Part shown: positions 1-10,419 of the stretch, piece after piece
How positions within the stretch are numbered: the stretch's first letter is position 1
Layout of the letters: each line of letters starts with the position of its first letter
Assembly: GCA_003221655.1 (NCBI GenBank)
Contig: QHSV01000236.1
Location: forward strand, 1,041 to 65,040
Reading direction: 5' to 3'
From: Candidatus Rokuibacteriota bacterium
Lineage (GTDB): Bacteria; Methylomirabilota; Methylomirabilia; Rokubacteriales; CSP1-6
Length of the DNA stretch: 64,000 bases
Translations under genes and position numbers: made by a program
Notes under the pieces: generated by a model
Databases searched by the model: none
The model's input: the letters and a program-made list of their open reading frames with translations, nothing else
Told to the model about the DNA's origin: nothing

Positions 1-1
1 G

Positions 2-1312
<1,311 letters not shown>

Positions 1313-1355
1313 CGTCCAGGATGCGATCGCAATTGTCGGTGAGGGAGGGGATGCG

Positions 1356-2423
1356 ATGAGCGACCCGATCAGGATCAGCCGTGCGGCCACGAAGAAGCCG
1401 AAGCCCAAGGACAGCGAGCTCACGTTCGGGACCGTCTTCACCGACCACATGTTCGTCATGGACTTCCAGGAGGAGAAGGGCTGGTACGATCCGCGGGTGG
1501 AGCCGTACGGGCCCTTCCCGCTGGATCCGGCGGCGGCCGTGCTCCACTACGCCCAGGCGGTGTTCGACGGCCTCAAGGCCTTCCGCGGGCGCGACGGCCA
1601 GGTCCGGCTCTTCCGGCCCCAGAAGCACGTGGAGCGGCTGATCCAGTCGTCACAGCGCCTGTGCATCCCGCCGCTCGATCCCGACCTCGCGCTGAAGTCG
1701 CTCGTGACCCTCGTCGGGATCGAGAAGGACTGGGTGCCGTCCACGGTGGGGACGTCGCTCTACGTCCGACCGACGATCATCGCGAGCGAGCCGTTTCTCG
1801 GCGTCCGGCCGGCGAAGTCCTACATCTATTACGTGATCCTGTCGCCCGTCGGCGCGTACTACCCCGAGGGGATCAATCCCGTGAAGATCCTCGTCGTCGA
1901 CAAGTATGTCCGTGCCGTCGAGGGCGGGGTGGGCGGCGCCAAGACCGGCGTCAACTATGCGGCGAGCCTCTACGCCGCGGAGGAGGCGAAGCACGCCGGG
2001 TTCACCCAGGTGCTGTGGCTCGACGGTCGAGAGCGCAAATACATCGACGAAGTGGGTACGATGAACATCATGATGAAGATCGGAGACGAGATCGTCACGC
2101 CGCCCCTCAGCGGAACGATCCTGGCCGGCGTCACGCGCGACTCGGCGCTGTCGCTGATGCGCGACTGGGGCCTCAGAGTCTCCGAGCGGCCGGTGACGAT
2201 CGACGAGGTCGCGGCCGCCGCGCGCAAGGGGACGCTCGAGGAGGTCTGGGGCACCGGCACCGCCGCGGTCATTTCACCCGTCGGCGAGCTCGCGTACAAG
2301 GGCGAGCGGCTCGTGATCAACGGAGGGCGGATCGGCACGCTGACCCAGAAGCTCTACGACGCGATCGTGGGGATCCAGTACGGGACGGCGCCGGATACCC
2401 GGGGCTGGACGGTTCCGGTCTAG
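1356..2423 (+). CDS. ilvE: Branched-chain amino acid aminotransferase (class IV PLP enzyme).
   Basis: 355 aa. GGAGGG RBS upstream of the ATG. Typical BCAT sequence throughout (e.g. VFDGLKAFRG, GTMNIMM, EVWGTGTAAVISPV). Confidence 0.85.
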   Translation: MSDPIRISRAATKKPKPKDSELTFGTVFTDHMFVMDFQEEKGWYDPRVEPYGPFPLDPAAAVLHYAQAVFDGLKAFRGRDGQVRLFRPQKHVERLIQSSQRLCIPPLDPDLALKSLVTLVGIEKDWVPSTVGTSLYVRPTIIASEPFLGVRPAKSYIYYVILSPVGAYYPEGINPVKILVVDKYVRAVEGGVGGAKTGVNYAASLYAAEEAKHAGFTQVLWLDGRERKYIDEVGTMNIMMKIGDEIVTPPLSGTILAGVTRDSALSLMRDWGLRVSERPVTIDEVAAAARKGTLEEVWGTGTAAVISPVGELAYKGERLVINGGRIGTLTQKLYDAIVGIQYGTAPDTRGWTVPV

Positions 2424-2432
2424 GCGACACCG

Positions 2433-2855
2433 ATGAGCGACTGCCTCTTCTGCAAGATCCGCGACGGGCAGGTTCCCTCGATGAAGATCTACGAGGACGA
2501 GCGGACACTCTGCATCATGGACATCAACCCGCTCAACTCCGGTCACTGCCTGGTGCTCACCCGGGTGCACGCCGCGACGATCTTCGACGCGGATCCGGCT
2601 GACCTGCAGGCCGCGATCACCACGGCCAAGCGTGTCGCCACGGCGCAGCGGGCGGCGCTGCAGCCGGACGGCCTGAACATGCTCCAGGCCAACGGCCCGG
2701 CCGCCTTCCAGTCGGTGCCGCACTTCCACCTGCATCTCATTCCGCGCTGGACCAACGACGGCAAGGGGTTCGACTGGAAGCTCGTCCCCGGCGACCGAGA
2801 GCGGATGATGAAGGTCGGCGAGAAGCTCCGCGCCGCGCTCCGCGGAGCGGCATGA
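2433..2855 (+). CDS. HIT (histidine triad) family hydrolase.
   Basis: 140 aa. Carries the HFHLHLIPR histidine-triad motif and an N-terminal CLFCKI segment. Its stop overlaps the next start (ATGA). Confidence 0.85.
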   Translation: MSDCLFCKIRDGQVPSMKIYEDERTLCIMDINPLNSGHCLVLTRVHAATIFDADPADLQAAITTAKRVATAQRAALQPDGLNMLQANGPAAFQSVPHFHLHLIPRWTNDGKGFDWKLVPGDRERMMKVGEKLRAALRGAA

Positions 2856-3259
2856 TGGTCGAACGGTCGATTCGCGTCGTCGTCGCCAAGCCGGGTCTCG
2901 ACGGCCACGACCGCGGAGCCAAGATCGTCGCGCGGGCGCTGCGCGACGCGGGCTTCGAGGTGATCTACACCGGGCTCCACCAGACGCCCGAGCAGATCGT
3001 CGCCACGGCGATCCAGGAGGACGCCGACGCCATCGGGCTCTCCGTCCTCTCCGGCGCCCACAACTACCTCTTCCAGCGGGTCCTCGAGTTGCTCGCCGAG
3101 CATGGCGCAGCGGATATCGCGGTCTTCGGGGGCGGGATCATCCCCCCCGAGGACATCGCCGCCCTCAAGGCGATGGGAGTCAAGGAGTTGTTCACGCCCG
3201 GCACCTCGACCCAGGACATCGTCCGGTTTGTCCGCGAGCACATTCGCGCGGCGGTCTGA
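2852..3259 (+). CDS. Acyl-CoA mutase small subunit, the B12-binding domain (partner of the large subunit at 2-1312).
   Basis: 135 aa with the DxHxxG cobalamin-binding signature ([10 protein letters not shown]) and a Rossmann-like B12-binding fold sequence. Confidence 0.85.
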   Translation: MMVERSIRVVVAKPGLDGHDRGAKIVARALRDAGFEVIYTGLHQTPEQIVATAIQEDADAIGLSVLSGAHNYLFQRVLELLAEHGAADIAVFGGGIIPPEDIAALKAMGVKELFTPGTSTQDIVRFVREHIRAAV

Positions 3260-3265
3260 ATTCTC

Positions 3266-4411
3266 GTGGACTTCGACCTGACCCCCGAACAGCAGCAGCT
3301 CCGTGACGTCGCACGCGAGTTCGCCCGGGCCGAGCTCGGCGACAAGATCGCGCCGTTCGACGAGCGCCACGAGTTTCCCCACGAGATCGTGACGAAGCTG
3401 GGCCCGCTCGGCTTCCTCGGCGCTCTCGTGGGCGAAGAGTTCGGCGGCGCGGGGCTCGATTATGTGTCCTTCGCGCTGATCGTGGAAGAGCTCTGCCGCG
3501 GCGACGCGTCGATCGGCATAACGATGTGGGCGCACAACTCGCTCTGCGCCAACCACATCGCGATCTTCGGGTCGCCCGAGCAGAAGCGGAAATACCTACC
3601 GCCCCTCGCCAGCGGCCAGGTGCTGGGGGCCTGGGGCCTCACCGAGCCGGGCTCGGGCTCCGACGCCGCGGCGCTCGCCACGCGCGCCGAGCTCAGAGAC
3701 GGCGAGTGGGTCCTGAACGGGAGCAAGGCCTTCATTACCAACGCATCGGTCGCCTCGACCGCGGTGGTCATGGCCCGCACCGGCCCGGAGCGGAGGTCCA
3801 AGGGCATCTCCACCTTCATCCTCGAGAAGGGCATGCCCGGTTTCCGCAGCGGCAAGCCCTATCGCAAGCTCGGCCTGCACGCGTCGAACACAGCCGAGCT
3901 GATCTTCGAGGACGCCCGCGTCCCCGAGGCCAACTTGCTGGGTGAGCGTGGCACCGGGTTCGAGCAGGCCATGAAGGTGCTGGAGGGGGGGCGCATCGCG
4001 ATGGCGGCGATGGGGGTGGGCATCGCGCAAGCGGCGGTGGACCAAGCGGTCAAGTACATGAAGCAGCGCACCGCGTTCGGGAAGACACTCGCCGAGTTCA
4101 ACGGGCTCCAGGGCATGATCGCCGACCTCGCCACCGAGGTCGAGGTGGCGCGACTGCTCACGCTGCGCGCGGCGTATTTGAAAGACGCGGGCCGGCCGGC
4201 AATGCACGCGGCGGCGATGGCCAAGCTGTTCGCGTCCGAGGCGGCAATGAAGGCGGCGACGAAGGCCGTGCAGATCCACGGCGGCGCCGGCTACATCACG
4301 GAGTTCCCGGTCGAGCGTATCTTCCGGGACGCGAAGCTCACCGAGATCGGCGAAGGCACGTCCGAGATCCAGCGCATGCTCATCGCCCGGGAGATCCTTC
4401 AGCTCACGTGA
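3266..4411 (+). CDS. Acyl-CoA dehydrogenase.
   Basis: 381 aa, GTG start. ACAD family signatures throughout ([29 protein letters not shown]). Confidence 0.88.
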   Translation: MDFDLTPEQQQLRDVAREFARAELGDKIAPFDERHEFPHEIVTKLGPLGFLGALVGEEFGGAGLDYVSFALIVEELCRGDASIGITMWAHNSLCANHIAIFGSPEQKRKYLPPLASGQVLGAWGLTEPGSGSDAAALATRAELRDGEWVLNGSKAFITNASVASTAVVMARTGPERRSKGISTFILEKGMPGFRSGKPYRKLGLHASNTAELIFEDARVPEANLLGERGTGFEQAMKVLEGGRIAMAAMGVGIAQAAVDQAVKYMKQRTAFGKTLAEFNGLQGMIADLATEVEVARLLTLRAAYLKDAGRPAMHAAAMAKLFASEAAMKAATKAVQIHGGAGYITEFPVERIFRDAKLTEIGEGTSEIQRMLIAREILQLT

Positions 4412-5190
4412 CGGCGGCGCGCGGCGAGCTGATCGCCATCGAGGGCGTCACCAAGCGCTATCTCACCAGCTCGGGCCCGGTGGAAGCGCTCCACGACGTT
4501 TCGCTCTCGGTCGGGGAGGGCGACTTCTGCACGCTCATCGGCCCTTCCGGGTGCGGCAAGTCCACGCTGCTCGGCATGCTCGGCGGCCTCGTGGCGCCCG
4601 ACGAGGGGCGCCTCCTGGTCGACGGCCAGCCGGTGACGACGCCGGACCCGCGGCGCGTCGCCACCGTGTTCCAGGACGCCGGCCTCTTCCCGTGGCGGAC
4701 CGCGCTGCAGAACGTCGAATTCGGCCTCGAGCTCCAGGGCGTGCCGGCCGCACGCCGTCGCCGGACGGCCAGCGAGCTGCTCGGCCCGCTCGGGCTCTCC
4801 GGCTTTGCCGAGAAGTACCCGCGCGAGCTGTCGGGCGGGATGAAGCAGCGCGTAGCGATCGGGCGCGCGCTGGCGATCGACGCGAAGATCCTCCTGATGG
4901 ACGAGCCGTTCGGCGCGCTCGACGAGCAGACGCGGGTCCTGATGGGCGAGTGGCTCCTCGACATCTGGCGGCGTACGCGCAAAACCGTCATCTTCGTGAC
5001 CCACAGCCTGCACGAGGCGCTGTTCCTGTCGACCCGCGTCGCCGTCATGACGGCCCGGCCCGGGCGGATCAAATCGATCCTGGAGCTGTCGATGGAATAC
5101 CCGCGGTCGGTGGAGTCGCCCGAGATGGCGGCGCTCCGCGCCAAGCTCTGGAGCGAGATCCGCGAGGAGTCGCTGCGGGCGATGCGGTGA
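4408..5190 (+). CDS. ABC transporter ATP-binding protein, NitT/TauT (sulfonate/nitrate/taurine) family.
   Basis: 260 aa. Walker [13 protein letters not shown] signature LSGGMKQR, Walker [11 protein letters not shown] start overlaps the upstream stop (GTGA). Confidence 0.85.
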   Translation: MTAARGELIAIEGVTKRYLTSSGPVEALHDVSLSVGEGDFCTLIGPSGCGKSTLLGMLGGLVAPDEGRLLVDGQPVTTPDPRRVATVFQDAGLFPWRTALQNVEFGLELQGVPAARRRRTASELLGPLGLSGFAEKYPRELSGGMKQRVAIGRALAIDAKILLMDEPFGALDEQTRVLMGEWLLDIWRRTRKTVIFVTHSLHEALFLSTRVAVMTARPGRIKSILELSMEYPRSVESPEMAALRAKLWSEIREESLRAMR

Positions 5191-5933
5191 GAGTCCTCTG
5201 GTTGCGCCTCGGTCTTCTCGCCGCCCTCCTGGCGGTCTGGGAGGTCGCGGGACGCGCCGCGAACCCGCTCCTCGCCGTACCACCCTCGGCAGTCCTCCCG
5301 GCATTGCGCGATCTTCTGCTGCTCCGCTCCTACCCCGAGCTGCCGGCGAGCCTCTGGCTGACGCTGCGCGAGATCGGGGCGGCGTACATGCTGGCGGTCG
5401 CGGCCGGACTCGGCTGCGGCTTCGTGCTCGGCATGCACCGGCTCGTCGGTCGCGTCTGGGGACCCATGTTGGCGGCGCTCTACGCAGTGCCGGCGGTCGT
5501 CTGGTACCCCTCCCTGATGCTCTTCTTCGGCCTCGACGCGGCCTCGAAGATCGCATTCGGCTTCCTGCTGGGCTTCTTTCCGATCACCCTGTCGGTTCTC
5601 GCCGGCGTTCGCCAGGTGAACCCGCAGTTCGTCACCGTCGCGCGCGCGTACGGCGCGGGCGCGGTGACCGTCTTCCGTCGGGTCATGTTGCCCTCGATGC
5701 TCTTCACGCTCGTAGGGGGACTGCGGACCGGGCTCGCGCTGTGCGTGATCGGCGTCATCGTCGGTGAGATCCTCGGCTCGAAGGCCGGCATAGGTGCTCT
5801 CATCAACCACGCGTACGGTCTTCTACGGACCGCGGACTACGTCGCGCTCGTACTCGTGACGCTGCTCCTGGTCGTCGGCTCTGACGTCCTCGCGAGCCTC
5901 CTCGAGCGCCGTGCCCGGCAGTGGACGGAATGA
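5187..5933 (+). CDS. ABC transporter permease, NitT/TauT family (SsuC/TauC-like).
   Basis: GTG at 5187 overlaps the ATPase stop (GTGA). ~249 aa with six predicted TM segments and a TauC-like EAA-loop region. The long upstream extension of ORF 4551..5933 lies in the ATPase gene and is rejected. Confidence 0.75.
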   Translation: MRVLWLRLGLLAALLAVWEVAGRAANPLLAVPPSAVLPALRDLLLLRSYPELPASLWLTLREIGAAYMLAVAAGLGCGFVLGMHRLVGRVWGPMLAALYAVPAVVWYPSLMLFFGLDAASKIAFGFLLGFFPITLSVLAGVRQVNPQFVTVARAYGAGAVTVFRRVMLPSMLFTLVGGLRTGLALCVIGVIVGEILGSKAGIGALINHAYGLLRTADYVALVLVTLLLVVGSDVLASLLERRARQWTE

Positions 5934-5947
5934 GGCGACACCCCAAC

Positions 5948-6055
5948 GGTGGTCCGCAGGAGCGGAGCCGGCTCGCGCCCGTCTCAGGCCATCGCTTCCC
6001 GAAGGGTGGTCCGCAGGAGCGGAGCCGGGTCGCACCCGTCTCAGGCCACCCCCGG
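5948..6055. repeat. Two tandem ~44-bp copies (5948-5991 and 6005-6055; two mismatches) of the 3' half of a dispersed intergenic repeat family, in reverse orientation.
   Basis: Direct repeat ggtggtccgcaggagcggagccgg(c/g)tcgc(g/a)cccgtctcaggcca. Its reverse complement matches GGTGGCCTGAGA...GCGACCCGGCTCCG, found at 20792, 46245 and 61137. Confidence 0.7.
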
Positions 6056-6069
6056 TCCAAGCCGGCCTC

Positions 6070-6566
6070 ATGGACCCCGCTACAATAATCCGAGTCCGGG
6101 TCCTCCAGCTCGTGACCGTGCTCGCCGCGGTCGTTTCGTGGGAGGTCGTGGCGCGGGCGGGGTGGGTCGATCCGCTCTTCGTCCCGGCGCCGAGCGCTGT
6201 CGCCCGGGCGCTCCTCCGGATCGGCGGCACCGCGTTCGCCGGGCTGGGCGACACGCTCGGCAAGACCGCGGTCGCCTACGTGCTGTCGGTGACGCTCGGC
6301 GTCTCTACTGGAAGGTGCTGCTCCCGGCGATCGTCCCGTCGGTGCTCGCGGGGATGCGGCTCGGCGTCGTGTTCTGCCTGCTCGGGGTCCTCGTGGTCGA
6401 AATGTTCGCCGGGGTCCGTGGCATGGGCTACGTCATGGGCTCGCTCGCCAATGGCTTCCAGGCCCCCGAGCTGTTCGCGGCGACCGGGCTCGTGTCGGCG
6501 GCGTCGATCGCGATCGTTCTGGCGCTCGACCACCTGAACGACAAGCTCTCACACTGGCGCGGCTGA
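6070..6566 (+). pseudogene. Degraded second ABC permease (TauC-like). N- and C-terminal parts are in different frames and the central ~100 aa are missing.
   Basis: Frame 1 (from ATG 6070) encodes the N-terminal TM region and ends ...AYVLSVTLGVSTG near 6306. Frame 2 continues from about 6302 (LYWKVLLPAIVPS) to the permease C-terminus at 6566. Alignment with the intact paralog at 5187-5933 shows that the EAA-loop region is absent. Confidence 0.6.
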
Positions 6567-6675
6567 TCCCGTCCGGTCCAGGGTTTCTCAGGCCGCCGCC
6601 CAATTCCTGAACACCCCCCTCGTCACGTCTGCCGAAGCGCCCGAGATATCATTGGGTTAGCCCACTGTCCATCCC

Positions 6676-6691
6676 TGGAATGCCAATTGCT
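6676..6691 (+). promoter_or_regulatory. Candidate sigma-54 (-24/-12) promoter TGGAATGCCAATTGCT.
   Basis: The GG and GC dinucleotides sit at exact consensus spacing (TGGCAC-N5-TTGCW). It lies about 30 bp upstream of the ATG at 6720. Confidence 0.3.
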
Positions 6692-6719
6692 ATTTCCTGG
6701 ACACAGGAGGGAAACGGCA

Positions 6720-6923
6720 ATGGGCTCCTTGGTCGCGGCAGAGGTCGTCACCGTATACATGGCACTCGACGGCGCGCTCCACCACTCCCGGTGCAGTCAG
6801 CGGCTTTTACTCCACGGACAACGCGCGGGCCTCGAGCTCGACTTCTACTGCCTGGCGTGCGCCGAGTCCGTGACGATCCCGTTCTGCGTAATCGAGCGCA
6901 TCCCGATCGCGTACGGCGCCTAG
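6720..6923 (+). CDS. Small Cys-containing hypothetical protein (67 aa; C-x18-CxxC-x8-C).
   Basis: ATG preceded by AGGAGG (6705-6710). It lies in an otherwise non-coding 360-bp gap of lower GC. Codon usage is only moderately genome-like. Confidence 0.35.
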   Translation: MGSLVAAEVVTVYMALDGALHHSRCSQRLLLHGQRAGLELDFYCLACAESVTIPFCVIERIPIAYGA

Positions 6924-6928
6924 CCCTC

Positions 6929-7837
6929 CTACTCACCCCGAAGGGTCGGATCGAGGAGATCGCGGAGCCAGTCTCCCGTGCGGCTCACGACGATGGACGT
7001 GAGCATCAGCACGATCCCGGGAGCCGTCGAGATCCACCACGCCGAGTCGAGATACTCCCGCCCCTCGTGGACCATCCCGCCCCAGGACGGCGTCGGCGGC
7101 TGAACGCCGAGGCCGAGGAACGAAAGCGTCGCCTCGAGCACGATCGCGCGGGCCAGCTCGAGCGTGGCGATGACGACGAGCGACGAGAGCACATTGGGAA
7201 GGATGTGGCGGGCGATCACGCGCGCCACCGAGCCCCCGAGGGCGTGGATCGCGTCGACGAACTCGCGTGAGCGCAGCACCAGCACCTGCGATCGGAGGAC
7301 GCGCGCGTAGGTGACCCACCCCGAGAGCCCGATGACGACGATCAGCGTGGGGAAGCTCGGCCCGAGCACCGCGATGATCCCGATCGCGAGCAGGATGAAG
7401 GGAAACGCGAGCTGGGCGTCGGCGAGCGTCATGATCATGCTGTCGGTCCAGCCGCCGCGGAAGCCGGCCAGGAGGCCGAGCGTGGTGCCGACGATTCCGC
7501 CGACCACCACAGCCGCGAAGCCGACCAGCAGCGAGACCCGCGCCCCGTGGATCATGCGCGAGAGGACGTCGCGCTCGAGGTGGTCGGTGCCGAGCACGTG
7601 CGCCTTGCCATCGGCGGCAGAGAGCGTGGGGGCCGCCAGCCGCGCCCGCAGCGACTGGCGGACGGGATCGTGCGGCGCAATCACCGGCGCGGCCAGCGCG
7701 GTCACGACCAGCAGCAAGACAAACACCCCGCCGCCGAGCGCCATCCGCCGGGTTCGTCGCCCACGGCTCGAGCGGACCGTCGCCGCCCCGGCCGGGCCCA
7801 CGTCAGATCGAGCGGACGCGGGGATCGAGGAGACCAT
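6929..7837 (-). CDS. ABC transporter permease, peptide/nickel (DppC/OppC) family.
   Basis: 302 aa. TM segments, conserved EAA-type loop region and a C-terminal DppC-like tail. An alternative start at 7744 (MALGGG) is possible. Confidence 0.8.
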   Translation of the reverse strand: MVSSIPASARSDVGPAGAATVRSSRGRRTRRMALGGGVFVLLLVVTALAAPVIAPHDPVRQSLRARLAAPTLSAADGKAHVLGTDHLERDVLSRMIHGARVSLLVGFAAVVVGGIVGTTLGLLAGFRGGWTDSMIMTLADAQLAFPFILLAIGIIAVLGPSFPTLIVVIGLSGWVTYARVLRSQVLVLRSREFVDAIHALGGSVARVIARHILPNVLSSLVVIATLELARAIVLEATLSFLGLGVQPPTPSWGGMVHEGREYLDSAWWISTAPGIVLMLTSIVVSRTGDWLRDLLDPTLRGE

Positions 7838-8729
7838 AGACCAGGTCGATGCAGAAGTTGATCACGATGAAGAGTACGGTCGACAGGAACACCGTGCACT
7901 GCACGACGGGGTAGTCGCGGTTGTAGATCGACTGGATCGCGAGCCGTCCGATGCCCGGCCACGCAAATACCGTCTCCGTCACGACGGCGCCGCCGAGCAG
8001 CGTGCCGAACTGCAGCCCGGTGATGGTGACGATCGGGACGGCCGCGTTCTTCAGCGTGTGCTTGGTGACGACCAGCGCCTCGGACAGGCCCTTGGCGCGG
8101 GCGGTCCGGATGTAGTCCGCGCGCAGCACTTCGAGCACCGCCGACCGGGTGAGCCGGGCGATCGAGGCCATGGCGAAGGCGCCGAGCGTGAGCGCGGGCA
8201 GGACGAGATTCCGCCAGTCCTCCCGGCCGGAGGTCGGCAGGAGGCCGAGCTTCAGCGAGACGACCAGGATCAGGAGAATCCCGATGAAGAACGTCGGCGC
8301 GGACTGGCCGACGAGCGCCAGTCCCATGGTGACCTGGTCGACCGGGGAGTTGCGCCGAACCGCAGAGACCACGCCGATGGGCAGGGCGACGAGCGACGCG
8401 AGGACGAACGCCGTCAGGCCGAGCTCGAATGTCGCCGGCAGGTAGCCGAGTACCACGCGAAAGGCGGGCTGGCGAAAGTGGATCGACCGGCCGAAGTCCC
8501 CGCGGAGAACGTTGCCGAGGAAGACAACGTATTGCACAGGCAGGGGACGGTCGAGGCCGAGCTCGGCGCGGACGCGGAAGATCTCGCTGCGCGGGGCGTC
8601 GGGAGGCAAGAGCAACGGCACGGGATCGCCCGACAGGCGCATGACCACGAAGACGACGGTCGAGACGAGCCAGAGCGCGACCGCCGCGCGGAGGAGTCGG
8701 GAGCCGAGGAACGGGAGGAGCCCGCGCAT
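7803..8729 (-). CDS. ABC transporter permease, peptide/nickel (DppB/OppB) family.
   Basis: 308 aa with a typical DppB N-terminus (MRGLLPFLGSRLL...) and conserved membrane domain. Confidence 0.85.
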   Translation of the reverse strand: MRGLLPFLGSRLLRAAVALWLVSTVVFVVMRLSGDPVPLLLPPDAPRSEIFRVRAELGLDRPLPVQYVVFLGNVLRGDFGRSIHFRQPAFRVVLGYLPATFELGLTAFVLASLVALPIGVVSAVRRNSPVDQVTMGLALVGQSAPTFFIGILLILVVSLKLGLLPTSGREDWRNLVLPALTLGAFAMASIARLTRSAVLEVLRADYIRTARAKGLSEALVVTKHTLKNAAVPIVTITGLQFGTLLGGAVVTETVFAWPGIGRLAIQSIYNRDYPVVQCTVFLSTVLFIVINFCIDLVYGLLDPRVRSI

Positions 8730-8774
8730 AGGCGCGGGGGCGGAACCCGCCAGGCTCCGCCCCCGGAAGCCGGT

Positions 8775-10319
8775 CTACGCGCGGCGGAACTTGAAGTTGA
8801 AGCGGCGGATCTCGAGCTGCTGCAGCGGGTCCGGCGTCCACTCCACGTGCTTCTGGAGCCCGTAGTCCTCGTACGGCTGGATCACCGGAATCCACGGAAA
8901 GTGCTCCAGGGAGATCTTGGTCATCTTCCGGTACGCGTCGGCGCGGAACTTCTCGTCGACCGAGAAGCGGGCGGCGTTGCCGAGCTCGTCGAACTCGGGA
9001 TGACGCCAGTAGTCCTGCGGGCCACCGGGACCGAGCAGGCGCCACATCATGCCGTCGGGGTCGCGCAGCGTTGACGTCGGATCCGACCACCACACGCCCT
9101 TGAAGCTCTTGTCGCGGTTCTTCTGGGCGCGCACGGAATACTCGAAGAGCTCGACCTTGGCGTTGACCCCGGCGTCGCGCCACATGGCCTGAACGGCCTC
9201 GGCCATGGTCCTGTCGCCCGCCATGTAGCCCGCGGTGGTTTCGATGACGATCTCCTCGTTCTTGTAGCCGGCCTTGCGCAGACGCTCCCTGGCTTCCTTT
9301 GGATCGTAGGCGAGGGGCGGCAGCGAAGCGTCGAAGTGATTGTCGCCCTTGGCGATGGGGCCGCTGGGAACGACGCCTCGTCCTCGCCACAGCTCCTTGA
9401 CGATGGTCTCCCGGTCGATGGCCAGTGAGAGCGCCTGCTTGACCAGCGGGTTGTCGAGCGGCGGCCGCTTCGAGTTCACGGCGAGCACGTAGAGCCCGCC
9501 GTAGAGGGCGCCGCTCACCAGGGTGCCGGCGTTGGCCTTGACTCGTTCGCCCTGGTCGGGCGGAACCTGGGTGATCAGATCCACTTCGCCCTTGAGCAGG
9601 GCCGCCACCCGGGGCGCCATCTCGGGCAGGGCCCGAACGATGAGGCGATCGAAGTCCACACGGCCGCCCCAGTAGTCCGGGTTCGCCTCGAGCACGACCC
9701 TGTCGTCCTTCGTCCAGGAGACAAAGCGCACGGGTCCCGTGCCGACCGGCTTCTGGTTGAAGGTGTCGGGGCCGACCGCGTCCAGGTATTTCTTGGGCAC
9801 GATCTGCCCGCCGTAGAACCCGAGCCGCGCGGGCAGCAGCGGATCGGGCTTCTTGGTGTGAATGATCAGCGTCGCCGGGTCCGGCGCCTCGAGCCTATCT
9901 ACGGTCGTGAAGACGGTGTTGACCCGCATTTTGGTATTGGGATCGTAGGTGCGCTCGATGCTGAACTTGGCGTCCGCCGAGCTGAAGGGGTCGCCGTTGT
10001 GCCACTTGACGCCCTGGCGCAGCTTGAACACCCACGTCGTCTGGCCCTGGAGCTTCCACTCCATCGCGAGGCCCGGCGCCAGCTTGCCGTCCGGGCGCCG
10101 GCTCGTCAGGTTGTCGAAGAGATTGAACGAGATGCGGATGTCGTTCGACGATGTGCTCATGTGCGGGTCGAACTGGGCGACGTCGCCGCCCTGAGCGACG
10201 ACGAGCTCGCGCTTCTGCGTACCTTGCGAGTGCGCGGGGCTCGCGATCACGCCCGGCAGCGCGGCGCTGGCTCCGGCTGCCGCGATCTTGAGTACCTCCC
10301 GGCGGGTCATCTCGGCCAT
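8775..10319 (-). CDS. ABC transporter substrate-binding protein, family 5 (peptide/nickel type), Tat-secreted.
   Basis: 514 aa. Twin-arginine signal (MAEMTRREVLKIAAAGASAALPG). GGAGG RBS 6 nt upstream. SBP_bac_5-like sequence. Confidence 0.85.
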   Translation of the reverse strand: MAEMTRREVLKIAAAGASAALPGVIASPAHSQGTQKRELVVAQGGDVAQFDPHMSTSSNDIRISFNLFDNLTSRRPDGKLAPGLAMEWKLQGQTTWVFKLRQGVKWHNGDPFSSADAKFSIERTYDPNTKMRVNTVFTTVDRLEAPDPATLIIHTKKPDPLLPARLGFYGGQIVPKKYLDAVGPDTFNQKPVGTGPVRFVSWTKDDRVVLEANPDYWGGRVDFDRLIVRALPEMAPRVAALLKGEVDLITQVPPDQGERVKANAGTLVSGALYGGLYVLAVNSKRPPLDNPLVKQALSLAIDRETIVKELWRGRGVVPSGPIAKGDNHFDASLPPLAYDPKEARERLRKAGYKNEEIVIETTAGYMAGDRTMAEAVQAMWRDAGVNAKVELFEYSVRAQKNRDKSFKGVWWSDPTSTLRDPDGMMWRLLGPGGPQDYWRHPEFDELGNAARFSVDEKFRADAYRKMTKISLEHFPWIPVIQPYEDYGLQKHVEWTPDPLQQLEIRRFNFKFRRA

Positions 10320-10397
10320 TACACGCCTCCCTCGGCGGTGCGTGGGTTTCGGACGTCAGAGGGCTCTATATGGGGGCGGTTCGCGACGCCTGTCAAG

Positions 10398-10419
10398 GCC
10401 CCGGCCCGCGGGCCGGGGC
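10398..10419 (-). terminator. GC-rich perfect hairpin (GCCCCGGCCC/GGGCCGGGGC) immediately after the stop of the gene at 10420. Putative intrinsic terminator without a U-tract.
   Basis: 9-10 bp palindrome directly abutting the TAA stop. A TTGACA -35-like hexamer follows on the minus strand (10396-10391) for the downstream operon. Confidence 0.4.

Noticed and set aside
2543-3556. Long antisense ORFs such as 2543..3556(-), 4399..5556(-), 4458..5810(-), 15682..17469(-), 19697..22306(-), 28186..30315(-), 47622..49697(-) and 51641..55525(-).
   Set aside because: They overlap well-supported genes on the opposite strand and encode low-complexity Arg/Ala/Gly/Pro-rich sequence with no recognisable motifs. 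These are typical shadow ORFs of a ~70% GC genome.
4551-5933. The 460-aa ORF 4551..5933, which would extend the permease far upstream.
   Set aside because: The first ~210 codons lie inside the ABC ATPase gene in another frame and are Arg/Pro-rich. Permease homology begins at the GTG at 5187, which overlaps the ATPase stop.
5948-6055. A possible CRISPR array or tRNA-like elements among the direct repeats.
   Set aside because: There are only two adjacent copies at any locus and no regular spacer structure. The units belong to a dispersed repeat family. They have no T-loop/GGTTCGA-like tRNA features and no cas genes nearby.
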